64,000 nt of DNA from NCBI GenBank assembly GCA_963749705.1, contig CAVVNQ010000008.1, forward strand, positions 64,001 to 128,000. The letters are read 5' to 3'. Shown piece after piece: positions 1 through 9,687 of this stretch; within the stretch, counting starts at the first letter, position 1, and each line of letters opens with the position of its first letter. This DNA is from an uncultured Chloroflexia bacterium. GTDB lineage: Bacteria; Chloroflexota; Limnocylindria; Limnocylindrales; CSP1-4. A program made the translations under genes and the position numbers. Below the pieces are notes generated by a model that saw only the letters and a list, made by a program, of their open reading frames with translations, was not told where the DNA came from and searched no databases.

Positions 1-2
1 CG

Positions 3-695
3 ATGCCCCGCTATCGATGGCTCCTGTTCGACGCCGACAACACGTTGTTCGACTTCGATCGCGCCGAGGTCGAGGCGCTGCGACGGACGTTCGAGCAGCT
101 TGGCATCGCGTTCGGCCCCGACCACCTGCCCGTGTATCGACGCGTCAACCGCGAGACCTGGCGCGCGCTCGAGCACGGCGAGATCTCGGCGGAGGAGCTG
201 CGGACGCGGCGGTTCGAGCTGCTGTTCGAGGCGCTGGGCATCGATGCCGATGCGGAGCGGTTCAGCGCCGCGTACCTGCCCAACCTTGCGCTCCAGGGGC
301 ACCTGGTGCCCGACGCGCTGGCGGTCGTCCGCGAGCTCCACGCCTCGTACCGGCTGGCGATCATCACCAATGGCCTGGGTGACGTCCAGCGTCCCCGGCT
401 CGCCCGATCGGCCATCCGCGACTGCATCGCCGAGCTCGTCATCTCGGAGGAGGTCGGCGCGGCCAAGCCGGACCCGGCGATCTTCGATGCGGCGTTCGCG
501 CGGATGGGCCGGCCCGGTCGCGACGAGGTGCTGCTCATCGGCGACAACCTGGCATCCGACATCGCGGGCGGGATCGCCTACGGGATCGACACCTGCTGGT
601 ACAACCCCGGTGGGGCGACTCGGGTCGACGGGGTGGTGCCCACGTACGAGGTCCGCGGCCTGGCCGAGCTGCCGGCGCTGCTCACCCTCGCCTGA
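3..695 (+). CDS. HAD-superfamily hydrolase, YjjG-like noncanonical pyrimidine nucleotidase
   Basis: HAD motif I FDADNTLFDF, ITNG, KPDP and IGDNLASDI motifs. Confidence 0.85.
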   Translation: MPRYRWLLFDADNTLFDFDRAEVEALRRTFEQLGIAFGPDHLPVYRRVNRETWRALEHGEISAEELRTRRFELLFEALGIDADAERFSAAYLPNLALQGHLVPDALAVVRELHASYRLAIITNGLGDVQRPRLARSAIRDCIAELVISEEVGAAKPDPAIFDAAFARMGRPGRDEVLLIGDNLASDIAGGIAYGIDTCWYNPGGATRVDGVVPTYEVRGLAELPALLTLA

Positions 696-723
696 CCCGG
701 GTCGACCGACCGGACGGGCGCCG

Positions 724-1575
724 TCAGCGAGCGGTGGCGGCCCTCAGGCGTTGGACGAGGGCCGACAGCGCGGGCACGTCGCGGCCATCTGGGCCCAGCG
801 CGTCAACCAGCGCCGAGGCGACGATCACGCCGTCGGCACCGGCTCGGGCGATCGCGCGGACATGCGCGGGCTTCGACACCCCGAACCCGACGCCCACGGG
901 GATCGGCGATGCCCCGGTCACCGCACGGACGAGTCGGGCGACCGACGGCGACAGCGACGTCCGGGCGCCGGTCACGCCCACCAGCGAGACGCAGTACAGG
1001 AAGCCGCCGCTCCGGGCGGCGATGCGCGCGACCCGCTCCGGCGCCGTGGTCGGCGCGACCAGGTAGACGACGGCGATGCCGGCCTCCGCGGCGACCGCCT
1101 CGAACGGCCCGCCCTCGTCGGGGGTGAGGTCGGCCACGATGACCCCGGCGGCGCCGGCGCTCGCGAGCGTGCGGGCGCGACCGCTGCCATCGCCACCGCC
1201 GATGAGCTGGTTCGCGTAGCCCATCGCGATGACCGGCGTCGCGGGCCGGGCTGCCGCGATCCTGGCCACCAGCGCGAGCGATCGGTCGAACGTTGCGCCG
1301 GCGGCCAGCGCCCCCTGCGAGGCACGCTGCAACGTGGCGCCGTCGGCGAGCGGATCGGAGTACGGGAGCCCGACCTCGAGCAGGTCCGCGCCGGCGTCGA
1401 TCGCCGCGCACGCGTTGGCGAAGCTGGCGTCGGCGTCCGGATAGCCGGCAACCACGTACGGGATCAGGGCCGCGCGATTGTCGGCGCGCGCGCTCGCGAA
1501 CACCGCGGCGATCCGGCGCGCGCCGGGGGTGTCGTTGGTGCCGCCGGCGTGGGCTGGTGATGCGGCGACGGTCAT
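724..1575 (-). CDS. trpA: Tryptophan synthase alpha subunit
   Basis: LIPYVVAGYP, LEVGLPYSDPLADG, GVTGAR, VGFGVS motifs; start taken at ATG 1575 (MTVAAS) inside the longer ORF. Confidence 0.95.
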   Translation of the reverse strand: MTVAASPAHAGGTNDTPGARRIAAVFASARADNRAALIPYVVAGYPDADASFANACAAIDAGADLLEVGLPYSDPLADGATLQRASQGALAAGATFDRSLALVARIAAARPATPVIAMGYANQLIGGGDGSGRARTLASAGAAGVIVADLTPDEGGPFEAVAAEAGIAVVYLVAPTTAPERVARIAARSGGFLYCVSLVGVTGARTSLSPSVARLVRAVTGASPIPVGVGFGVSKPAHVRAIARAGADGVIVASALVDALGPDGRDVPALSALVQRLRAATAR

Positions 1576-1627
1576 CGCGTGACCCCCTCGATGTTCGCCA
1601 TCCCCGTCCCCGCCGATGCGCGGGGAT

Positions 1628-4528
1628 TCATCGCGTACCCTCCCACGGCTCGACGTCGGTGAACCGTTCGAGCGCCGAGAGGTCCTTGTCACCCCGCCCG
1701 GAGAACCCCAGCAGCACCAGCGCGTCGTCGGGCAGCGGGACGCCGGACCCCTCCACCCCGGCCAGCAGCTTGGGCAGCGCGGCAACCGCGTGCGCGGTCT
1801 CGAGCGCCGGCAGGATGCCCTCGGTCCGGGTCACCGTGCGCATCGCCGCAACGGCCTCGCGATCGGTTGCCGTGCCGACCTCGAGTCGCCCGCCCTCGGC
1901 GAGCGCGGCCAGCTGCGGCCCCACCCCCGGGTAGTCGAGGCCGGCCGACGCGCTGTGCGCCTCGACCACCTGCCCGTCGCGGTCCTGGAGCATCAGCGAC
2001 CGCGAGCCGTGGAGGATCCCGGGCGTGCCGCCGACGATCGCCGCCGCGTGGCGCCCCGTCTCCACCCCGTCGCCCGCCGCCTCGGCGACCGCAAGCCGCA
2101 CGGAACGCTCGCCGATGAACCGCGACAGCAGCCCGATCGCGTTCGATCCGCCACCCACGCATGCGATCGCGAGATCCGGAAGCCGGCCCTCGACCGCCCA
2201 CAGCTGCGCGGCCGCCTCATCACCGATCCGGCGCTGGAGGTCGCGGACGATGGTGGGATACGGGTGCGGGCCCATCGCCGACCCGAGCACGTAATGCGTG
2301 GTCTCGACGTTGGTGACCCAGTCGCGCATCGCCTCGTTGACCGCGTCCTTGAGCGTCGCGGTCCCCGACGTGACGCTCCGGACCTCGGCCCCAAGCGCGC
2401 GCATCCGGAGCACGTTCGGCGCCTGGCGACGGATGTCCTCCTCGCCCATGAACACGACGCACGGGAGGCCGAGCAGCGCGCACGCGGTGGCCGTCGCGAC
2501 GCCGTGCTGCCCGGCACCGGTCTCGGCGATCACCCGCGACTTGCCCAGCCGCCGGGTGAGCAGCGCCTGGCCCAGCGCGTTGTTGATCTTGTGGGCGCCG
2601 GTGTGCGCGAGGTCCTCGCGCTTGAGGTACAGCCGGAAGGCCGGGATCGCACTGGCCCCCGGGCGCCCCGCGGCGATGCGGCGACGCTCATCGCGGACCG
2701 GGGTGCGTGCGCCCGCGCGGCCCCCCGCATCGATGCGCCGAGCCTCATCGGCAACCGCCGAAGCGAGGCGGTCTGCCCGGTACAGCGCGGTCGGCCGGCC
2801 GGCATAGGTCGACAGCAGGTCGTCGAGCTCGGCCCAGAACCTCGGGTCGTGGCGCAGGCTGTCGTAGGCATCCTCGAGCTGCCGGAGCGCCGCAAACAGC
2901 GTCTCGGGGACGTAGCGTCCCCCGAAGTCGCGCTCCTTGCCCCATCGGCCGGCCGCGTCCACCTCGAGCAGGCCCGGGTGGACGGGCGTCGGCGCGAACG
3001 CGACGTTGGGCCGGTGACGACGAGCGTCCCGGGCGCGCTTGACGAACAGGGCCACCCGGACCGGGTCCTTGCGCGGGCGCTCGCCGGGCACCCTGGGCAG
3101 GTCGGTCCCCGATGCCGTGTCGACGCCGACCGCGGGAACGGCCAGCACGGCATCAGAGACGTTGCCCGGGTTGAGCCCGCCGGCGAGCACCACCGGCACC
3201 TCGCGGGCGACGGCGGCCGCCAGGCCGACCGGGATCCGGATCCCCGTGCCGCCCGGGTACGGCCCGCCCGCGGAATCGAGCAGGATCCGCGCGGCCCCGG
3301 CGGCGAGGTATGCCTGCGCCCGCTCGACCACCCGGGCCGCCACGTCATCGGATCGCAGCCGGAGCGCCTTCCAGACCGGCCGCCCGACCGCGGCGACGTA
3401 CCCGGTGGTCTCGTCGCCGCTGAGCTGGACCACGTCGGGATCGACGGCCGCGACAGCGCCCACAAGCGCATCGGCCGGCAGGTCGGCGGTGACCAGGACG
3501 ATGAGCGGATGCCCCTGACCCCCGATCCGGCGGGCGGCCCGGGCGAGGTCGGCCCCCTCGCCAGCCGCCAGCTCACGTGGCGTTCCCGGCGCGAAGTTGA
3601 GGCCGATCGCCTCGGCACCGGCGCGCACGGCCGCCGCCACGCCGGCCTCGTCCGTGACGCCGCAGATCTTGACGATCGGCGCCCGGGCGACCGCCGTCGC
3701 GTCATCGGGGTTGCGCCCCGCGGCGACGAATGCGCGAGCCGCCGCGGACGGATCTGCCGAGCGCATCAGCGCCTCGCCGACGAGCGCGGCATCGAAGCCC
3801 GTGGCGCGCCAGCGGCGGATCGTCGCCGGGTCGCGGACGCCGGACTCGGCGACGACCAAACGGTCCGCTGGGACCAGCTCGTGCAGCCGCACGGCGCGCT
3901 CCGGGTCGACCTCGAGCGTGCGCAGGTCGCGGTTGTTGATCCCGATCAGGCGGGCGTCGGTCGCAAGCGCGAGACTCAGCTCGCGGGCATCGTGCGCCTC
4001 GACCAGCGGCTCCATGCCCAGGTCGCGCGCACGCGCAACGAGGCGTGCCAGGCGGCGGGCCGGGTGGAGGACGGCGAGCAGGAGCACGATGTCGGCGCCC
4101 GCGCCGCGGAGCAGGTCCAGCTGCCGGGCGTCGACCACGAACTCCTTGGCCAGGACCGGCACCGAGACCGCGGCTCGCACCTCCCGAAGGTCGTCCACGG
4201 AGCCGCCGAACCAATGGGGCTCGCACAGCACCGAGATGGCCGCGGCTTCGCCGGCCGCGTACGCACGGGCGCGCGCGACGGCATCGTCGCCCGCCGCGAT
4301 CGCCCCCGCCGACGGGGATCGTCGCTTGACCTCGGCGATCAGGTGGAGGCCGGGTCCGGCGAGCAGCTCGGCGATCGGGCGCGGCGCCGGCGCTGCCGAT
4401 ACCGCGCGAGCCAGCCCGGCACGACCGAGCGCGTCCAGCCCGGGCCGGACGTCGGCCAGGCGGCGCGCGGCAATCTCGCGGACCACGTTCCCGCGGCGCG
4501 TGGCCGATTCCCGCTCCGCGACCGTCAT
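1628..4528 (-). CDS. trpB: Fused indole-3-glycerol-phosphate synthase / PRA isomerase / tryptophan synthase beta (TrpC-TrpF-TrpB)
   Basis: Single 966-aa ORF: IAEVKRRSPS, KEFVVD, GINNRDL (TrpC); VKICG, LAGGLNP, GVDTASG (TrpF); FGGRYVPE, HTGAHKINN, ETGAGQHG, GLDYPGVGP, SGRGDKD (TrpB). Confidence 0.93.
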   Translation of the reverse strand: MTVAERESATRRGNVVREIAARRLADVRPGLDALGRAGLARAVSAAPAPRPIAELLAGPGLHLIAEVKRRSPSAGAIAAGDDAVARARAYAAGEAAAISVLCEPHWFGGSVDDLREVRAAVSVPVLAKEFVVDARQLDLLRGAGADIVLLLAVLHPARRLARLVARARDLGMEPLVEAHDARELSLALATDARLIGINNRDLRTLEVDPERAVRLHELVPADRLVVAESGVRDPATIRRWRATGFDAALVGEALMRSADPSAAARAFVAAGRNPDDATAVARAPIVKICGVTDEAGVAAAVRAGAEAIGLNFAPGTPRELAAGEGADLARAARRIGGQGHPLIVLVTADLPADALVGAVAAVDPDVVQLSGDETTGYVAAVGRPVWKALRLRSDDVAARVVERAQAYLAAGAARILLDSAGGPYPGGTGIRIPVGLAAAVAREVPVVLAGGLNPGNVSDAVLAVPAVGVDTASGTDLPRVPGERPRKDPVRVALFVKRARDARRHRPNVAFAPTPVHPGLLEVDAAGRWGKERDFGGRYVPETLFAALRQLEDAYDSLRHDPRFWAELDDLLSTYAGRPTALYRADRLASAVADEARRIDAGGRAGARTPVRDERRRIAAGRPGASAIPAFRLYLKREDLAHTGAHKINNALGQALLTRRLGKSRVIAETGAGQHGVATATACALLGLPCVVFMGEEDIRRQAPNVLRMRALGAEVRSVTSGTATLKDAVNEAMRDWVTNVETTHYVLGSAMGPHPYPTIVRDLQRRIGDEAAAQLWAVEGRLPDLAIACVGGGSNAIGLLSRFIGERSVRLAVAEAAGDGVETGRHAAAIVGGTPGILHGSRSLMLQDRDGQVVEAHSASAGLDYPGVGPQLAALAEGGRLEVGTATDREAVAAMRTVTRTEGILPALETAHAVAALPKLLAGVEGSGVPLPDDALVLLGFSGRGDKDLSALERFTDVEPWEGTR

Positions 4529-5565
4529 GCCGGCGCACCCGCGGCCACATCGGCGGCCCGTCGCTCGGCCCGCAGCCGGCCCAGCAGCTCCGACGTGAGA
4601 CCGGCGTCGATGGTGAGCGCGGCACGGTCGATGCCGGCCTCGATCGTGGACACCACGCCGGCCGCGACCAGCGCCGCGCCGGCGTTGAGCAGCACGACAT
4701 CACGCCGCGCCCCGGGCTCCCCACGCAGCACACCCTCGACCAGGGCTGCGTTGGCCGCCGGGTCGCTGCCGCCGAGGGCCGTCGTCTTCGCCTTCCGGAG
4801 ACCCAGCGCTTCCGGGTCGACGTCGCGTCGCTCGATCCCCTCGGGCGTCACGTCGTAGATCACCCCGGACCCGTCGAGCGGCAGCTCGTCGACGCCGGCG
4901 CCGTGCACGACCAGCGTGCGCTCGGTCCCCAGCAGGCGGAGGACCTCTGCGATCCTCGGCGCGGCCGCCGCATCGCCGACCCCGATCAGTGCCCGCCTCG
5001 CCCCGGCCGGGTTGGTCATCGGGCCGAGCAGGTTGAACACGGTTCGGACGCCGATCTCCCTGCGGGTAGGCCCCGCATGGCGCATGGCAGGGTGATACGA
5101 CGGAGCAAACAGGAACGCGAACCCGAGCTCGACGATCGAGCGGGCGGCCGACGTCGCGTCGTGGTCGATCCGGATCCCCAGCGCGTCCAGCACGTCGGCC
5201 GAGCCCGACTTCGAGGTGATCGCGCGGTTGCCGTGCTTGGCCACCGGCACGCCGCACGCCGCCACGACGAGCGCCGCCGTGGTCGAGATGTTGAACGTGC
5301 CCGAGCCGTCCCCGCCGGTGCCCACAACGTCGATCGTGCCCTCGGGCGCCTCGACCCGGATGACGCGCTCGCGCATCGCGGACGCGAAGCCCGCCAGCTC
5401 CTCGACCGTCTCGCCGCGCATCCGCAGGCCCATCAGCAGGGCGGCCAGCTGCGACGGGGTCGCCTCACCGTCCATCACGGCGCCCATCGCCAGGCGGGCC
5501 TCGTCCATCGTGAGCGTGCCGCCCTCGACGATCGACGCCAGCGCGGCGCGCACCTGGTCGCTCAT
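4525..5565 (-). CDS. trpD: Anthranilate phosphoribosyltransferase
   Basis: DVVGTGGDGSGTFNIST, KHGNR, SGSADVL motifs; start MSDQVR overlaps the trpG stop. Confidence 0.95.
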   Translation of the reverse strand: MSDQVRAALASIVEGGTLTMDEARLAMGAVMDGEATPSQLAALLMGLRMRGETVEELAGFASAMRERVIRVEAPEGTIDVVGTGGDGSGTFNISTTAALVVAACGVPVAKHGNRAITSKSGSADVLDALGIRIDHDATSAARSIVELGFAFLFAPSYHPAMRHAGPTRREIGVRTVFNLLGPMTNPAGARRALIGVGDAAAAPRIAEVLRLLGTERTLVVHGAGVDELPLDGSGVIYDVTPEGIERRDVDPEALGLRKAKTTALGGSDPAANAALVEGVLRGEPGARRDVVLLNAGAALVAAGVVSTIEAGIDRAALTIDAGLTSELLGRLRAERRAADVAAGAPA

Positions 5566-6278
5566 CGGGCGGCTCCCGCGACCGGTCCTGCCGGCGTCGC
5601 CGGGCCGAGGCCCTCGCCGTCGCGCTCGGCCATCCCGCGCGTCGCGAACGAGCCCGACGCCGCATCGAGCCGCGACGCCTCGCCCTCGCCGGCCAGCCGC
5701 AGGAAGTTGGCAAGCAGGTGCGGGCCGTCTGGGGTGAGCACGGACTCCGGGTGGAACTGGACGCCCTCCATCGGCAGGCTCCGATGGCGGAGGCCCATCA
5801 CCACGCCGTCGACGGGGCTGGTCGCGGTCAGGATCAGCTCGCCCGGGATCCGGGCGGGGTCGACGCACAGCGAGTGGTAGCGCGCGGCCGGGAAGTCCGC
5901 GGGCATCCCGTCCAGCAGGCCCAGCCCGTCGTGGGACACCGCGGACGCCTCGCCGTGCACGAGGGTTGGCGCTCGGACGATCTCGCCGCCGAAGGCCACC
6001 GCCATCGACTGCATGCCGAGGCACACGCCGAGCAGCGGGATCCCGCGCTCCGCGGCGACCTGGACGGTCGCGACGGACACGCCCGCGGTGTCGGGGTCTC
6101 CGGGACCGGGCGAGACGACGATGCCGCGCAGGTCCTGACCGGGATCGGCGGCCATGGCCTCGAGCTCCTCGCGGGTCACGGCATCGTTGCGCATCACCGT
6201 GACCACGGCGCCGGCAGCCTGAAGCGCCTGGACCAGGTTGAACGTGAACGAGTCGTAGTTGTCGATCATCAGGATCAT
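5562..6278 (-). CDS. trpG: Anthranilate synthase component II (glutamine amidotransferase)
   Basis: IDNYDSFT, SPGPG, GVCLG, RYHSL, QFHPES. Confidence 0.95.
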   Translation of the reverse strand: MILMIDNYDSFTFNLVQALQAAGAVVTVMRNDAVTREELEAMAADPGQDLRGIVVSPGPGDPDTAGVSVATVQVAAERGIPLLGVCLGMQSMAVAFGGEIVRAPTLVHGEASAVSHDGLGLLDGMPADFPAARYHSLCVDPARIPGELILTATSPVDGVVMGLRHRSLPMEGVQFHPESVLTPDGPHLLANFLRLAGEGEASRLDAASGSFATRGMAERDGEGLGPATPAGPVAGAAR

Positions 6279-7903
6279 CGGGCGGTCGCCTGTTCCGCCG
6301 ACCCGGTTGCCGCGGCACCCTCCGCCGCCACCCGCGAGGCTGGCGCGGTCGCCGCGAGCTCGATCGCCCGCTGGAGCGCGGCGGCCTTGTGCTCGGTCTC
6401 CTCGAACTCGAGCTCGGGCACGCTGCGGGCGACGATCCCGGCGCCGGTGTGCACGTGAGCCATGCCGTCCCTGAGGACCGCGCTCCGGATCGTGATCGCG
6501 GTGTCGAGGTTGCCGTCATACCCGAGATAGCCGACGGCGCCGCCATACAGCCCGCGCCGCTCGCCCTCGGCGGCGGCGATCAGCTGCATCGCCCGGATCT
6601 TGGGCGCGCCGGTCAGCGTGCCGGCGGGGAACACCGAGCGCAGCGCATCGAGCGCGTCGAGGTCGGATCGAAGCTTCGCCTCGACGTGGCTCACGAGGTG
6701 GAGGACGTGGCTGTACCGCTCGACCTCCATGTACTGGCTGGTGGTCACGGTCCCCGGCCGGGCCACGCGCCCGAGGTCGTTGCGGCCGAGGTCGACGAGC
6801 ATCACGTGCTCGGCGCGCTCCTTGGGGTCGCGGCGCAGCTCGTCGGCCAGGCGCTCGTCGTCCGCGGGCGTCGCGCCGCGCGGCCGCGTGCCCGCGATCG
6901 GGTGGGTCGTCATCCGGTCGCCCACCACCTGGAGCAGCAGCTCCGGGCTCGCCCCCACGACCTCGAACGAGGGCGTGCGCGTGAAGAACAGGTACGGCGA
7001 CGGGTTGACGCGCCGCAGTGCGCGGTACAGGCCGACGCCGTCGATCGGGGCGCCGTCCGGTCCGGCCGGCAGCTCGAACGACTGGCGCCGGGCGAGCACG
7101 ACCTGGATCGCCTCACCGGCCGCGATCGCATCCTTGGCACGGACGACGGCGTCGATGTACGCCTCGCGCCCGAGCGAGGTCTCGACCTCGCTCACGCTCG
7201 CGGGACCTGCGGTCCGGCCGGATCCGTTCGAGGTTCCGCGGCCGCCGGCCAGCTCCGCGGCGCTGGGCCGGGCGGTGCGCTCGAGCGCCTCGAAGATCGC
7301 CCGCTCGGCGATCCGGTAGCGGCCCTCGAAGTCCGGGGCCTCGGTGTGGAGCGATGCGATGGCCGACAGCTGGTGGGTCAGGTGGTCGAACACGAGCACG
7401 AGGTCGGTCTCGATGAACGCGGCCAGCGGCACGCCGACGGGGTCGCGGTCCGGTCGCGGAACCGACGGCTCGAACGCGCCGATCGCGTCGTATGACAGCG
7501 CGCCGACGGCACCACCGGTGAACCTGGGCATGCCATCCGAGGGCGCCACGCGACGCCTGGGCACGAACGCTCGCAGCGCCGCGAGCGGATCCGGCGTGTC
7601 GGTCTCGGTCACGGGCAGGTCCGGGGCGTAGCTGTCGACCGATACCGGACGCGTGGTCGTGCGGGCGACGCCGTCCGTGACCTCGAGCAGGCGCCTCGGG
7701 CCGATGCCCAGGAAGCTGTACCGGCCCAGGCGCTCGCCACCCTCGACGGACTCGAGCAGGTACGCGGGCGTCGTCCCGTCGTCGAGGCGCAGGAAGGCGC
7801 CGATCGGCGTCTCCAGGTCCGCGGTGCGGGTGGCGCGGATGAGCACGGTGTCGGCGGTGCCCGACAGGCGCTTGGCTTCGGTCAGGCTCAGCGGGTCGGT
7901 CAT
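6275..7903 (-). CDS. trpE: Anthranilate synthase component I
   Basis: LLESVEGG, NPSPY, PIAGTR, EHVMLVDLGRND, TLTGAPK. Confidence 0.95.
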   Translation of the reverse strand: MTDPLSLTEAKRLSGTADTVLIRATRTADLETPIGAFLRLDDGTTPAYLLESVEGGERLGRYSFLGIGPRRLLEVTDGVARTTTRPVSVDSYAPDLPVTETDTPDPLAALRAFVPRRRVAPSDGMPRFTGGAVGALSYDAIGAFEPSVPRPDRDPVGVPLAAFIETDLVLVFDHLTHQLSAIASLHTEAPDFEGRYRIAERAIFEALERTARPSAAELAGGRGTSNGSGRTAGPASVSEVETSLGREAYIDAVVRAKDAIAAGEAIQVVLARRQSFELPAGPDGAPIDGVGLYRALRRVNPSPYLFFTRTPSFEVVGASPELLLQVVGDRMTTHPIAGTRPRGATPADDERLADELRRDPKERAEHVMLVDLGRNDLGRVARPGTVTTSQYMEVERYSHVLHLVSHVEAKLRSDLDALDALRSVFPAGTLTGAPKIRAMQLIAAAEGERRGLYGGAVGYLGYDGNLDTAITIRSAVLRDGMAHVHTGAGIVARSVPELEFEETEHKAAALQRAIELAATAPASRVAAEGAAATGSAEQATAR

Positions 7904-7954
7904 TGCGGTGGGTCCCTTCGGCGGTGCGACGGCTCGGGGGCGGTCGGCGCCCGA

Positions 7955-7995
7955 GAATCAGAAACGACCTTCGTCATCCCGGGACGAAAGGTCGT
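7955..7995 (-). terminator. T-box-associated intrinsic terminator
   Basis: ACGACCTTTCGTC-loop-GACGAAGGTCGT followed by TTCTGATTCT on the minus strand. Confidence 0.8.
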
Positions 7996-8266
7996 GCCTT
8001 CCGCGGTGCCACCCTCATTCGGCGTGTGCCGCACTCGTTGACCGGCGGATCACCCGGACCTTCGCCCGGCCGATCGATCGGCGCTGCCCTGTATCGCTGG
8101 CGCTCTGCGCCGGAGCCTACTTGTCGCTGCGTCCGCTGTCGCGTCCGCGGTCACGCGTTCGGTCCGGAGGCTCCCGGGTCCATTCCCCGCCGCCGCCATC
8201 CCGGCTCACACCAGCCGCCGGGTCTCTGGATTGGCGATCGACGAGTACTCGTCCCGATCAACGCCC
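7955..8266 (-). ncRNA. T-box riboswitch (Trp specifier UGG) leader of the trp operon
   Basis: Minus strand: T-box GAATGAGGGTGGCACCGCGG (8001-8020); Stem I AGTA, AGAGA and GGTG elements; specifier loop GAA-TGG-A (TGG at 8180-8182); downstream terminator hairpin. Confidence 0.93.
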
Positions 8267-8286
8267 ATGTTCGTGATGGTGCGCGG

Positions 8287-8316
8287 AGTCTAGGGAAGGG
8301 GTCCCACCTGCGTCAA
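8287..8316 (-). promoter_or_regulatory. Sigma70-type promoter of the trp leader
   Basis: TTGACG-N18-TAGACT on the minus strand just upstream of the T-box. Confidence 0.7.
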
Positions 8317-8359
8317 GCGTGATGCCCGGACCGGCGCCACTCGCTGGATTGCCGATCCG

Positions 8360-8848
8360 CTACCAGCGCCAGCCCGGGAGCGCCTCGATCGCCGCGGCGT
8401 CACGCGGGTCGAGGTCGCCCGATCCGTGCAGATCGCGCACGTAGCCGGACCACTGCCCCAGCGGGAAGCCCCGCTCGGTCTCGAACTCCTCGTCAAGGTC
8501 GGGCGAGCCGCCGCCCCGGACGTGACCGCCGAACACGTGGATCCCGGCCTCGAGGAAGCCGTCGTAGGTCTCCCAGCCGTGGTCGGTCTGGCGGACGAGC
8601 GCGTCGTCGGCGAAACACCAGATCCAGTCCTCGCCGGGCTCGACGGTCCGCATGAGTGGATGCTGCACCGCCCGGGCGTGGGCGGACATGTGCCGGTTCG
8701 GGCTGTCATCGCAGCACAGCGTCTGGTGGCAGATCATGCACTGGCGGAGGTGGACCCAGGTCGAGCCATCCTTGACACACACCTCGCACACGTTGAGCGG
8801 CGGGGGCGGCGGCGTGAGGCCGGCGGCGTGGGGACATTCGTGGCGCAT
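8360..8848 (-). CDS. UBP-type zinc finger domain protein
   Basis: CPH...CEVC...WVHLRQCMICHQTLCCDDSPNRHMSAH...WIWCFAD pattern. Confidence 0.85.
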   Translation of the reverse strand: MRHECPHAAGLTPPPPPLNVCEVCVKDGSTWVHLRQCMICHQTLCCDDSPNRHMSAHARAVQHPLMRTVEPGEDWIWCFADDALVRQTDHGWETYDGFLEAGIHVFGGHVRGGGSPDLDEEFETERGFPLGQWSGYVRDLHGSGDLDPRDAAAIEALPGWRW

Positions 8849-8928
8849 GCGGTCTCCTGGGTCCGGGTCGTGCCGGCGGTCGAGGCGGCGTGGCTCACAG
8901 GGGCGCCGCCCGGTTCACGGGTCATGTC

Positions 8929-9016
8929 TGGCGGAGCGGGTGAGATTCGAACTCACGAGAGCTTGCGCCCCAACGGTTTTCAAGACCGCCGCCTTCAACC
9001 ACTCGGCCACCGCTCC
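8929..9016 (-). tRNA. tRNA-Ser (anticodon UGA)
   Basis: GGAGCGG acceptor stem, anticodon arm GCGGT-CTTGAAA-ACCGT, long variable arm, GTTCGAATC T-loop, encoded CCA; TGC-TATCCT -10 upstream. Confidence 0.96.
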
Positions 9017-9123
9017 GCCGCCGAGGATAGCAGCGCGGCCAGGACGCGCCGCCGGCCACTTCCGGCATGTGCCGTCCCCGGCGGTCGCCCCGCCAACGAT
9101 GACGGCTCGACGAGCGCCGGAGC

Positions 9124-9639
9124 TCAGGGCTGCTCGATGACCACCGTGCCCGCGATCAGGTCGTGCCAGCCGCGGCGCCGCTTGTCGACGAAGATCCAGA
9201 TGAACCCGATGTAGAACACGAGGCTGTTGATCCAGAAGCCCACCAGCCGGAGGACCGCGGACATGCCCGAGATCGGGCCGCCGTCAGCATCGCGCACCAC
9301 GCGCAGGTGGAACGGCTTCATGCCCGGCGTCTGGCCGCCCTTCCACCAGAAGTACGGGAAGTAGGCAAGGCTCAGCGCCAGGATCAGCACCACGTACAGC
9401 AGCGTGCCGCCGATCGCCGCTCCCGCCGAGTTGCTCGCGACGGCGCCGAAGAACACGAGCCCGAGAACCACGCTGGCGATGATCATGATGATCCCGAGCA
9501 CGAACCCGTCGATGATGTAGGCGACCAGTCGGGCGCCATGGCTCGCGAAACGCACGCCGGGTGCCGGGCCGGCCTCGGGCTCGGGGGCCTGCCAGCTCAT
9601 CGGCGGCGGCGCAGGCGCGGGCGGCTGCTGGGGATCCAT
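9124..9639 (-). CDS. RDD family membrane protein
   Basis: RLVAYIID, GQTPGMK, RRRGWHDLIAGTVV. Confidence 0.9.
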   Translation of the reverse strand: MDPQQPPAPAPPPMSWQAPEPEAGPAPGVRFASHGARLVAYIIDGFVLGIIMIIASVVLGLVFFGAVASNSAGAAIGGTLLYVVLILALSLAYFPYFWWKGGQTPGMKPFHLRVVRDADGGPISGMSAVLRLVGFWINSLVFYIGFIWIFVDKRRRGWHDLIAGTVVIEQP

Positions 9640-9687
9640 CGAAACCCTCCCGGGGTCAAGGTCCGCCGGCCGACCCGTGGCGCTCCC

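Noticed and set aside
1616-4858. Very long antisense or alternative-frame ORFs (e.g. 1080 aa here, 59275-62694, 54998-57676, 14813-17326)
   Set aside because: Arg/Gly/Pro-rich shadows expected in very high-GC DNA with stop-poor frames; only short terminal parts correspond to real genes
8360-8928. Possible integrated element at the tRNA 3' end
   Set aside because: No integrase, no duplicated tRNA 3' end and no compositional shift seen
8929-9016. tRNA with long variable arm and 'TGA' as possible tRNA-Sec or suppressor
   Set aside because: Anticodon UGA reads UCA (Ser); tRNA-Sec needs UCA. The acceptor stem is the normal 7 bp.
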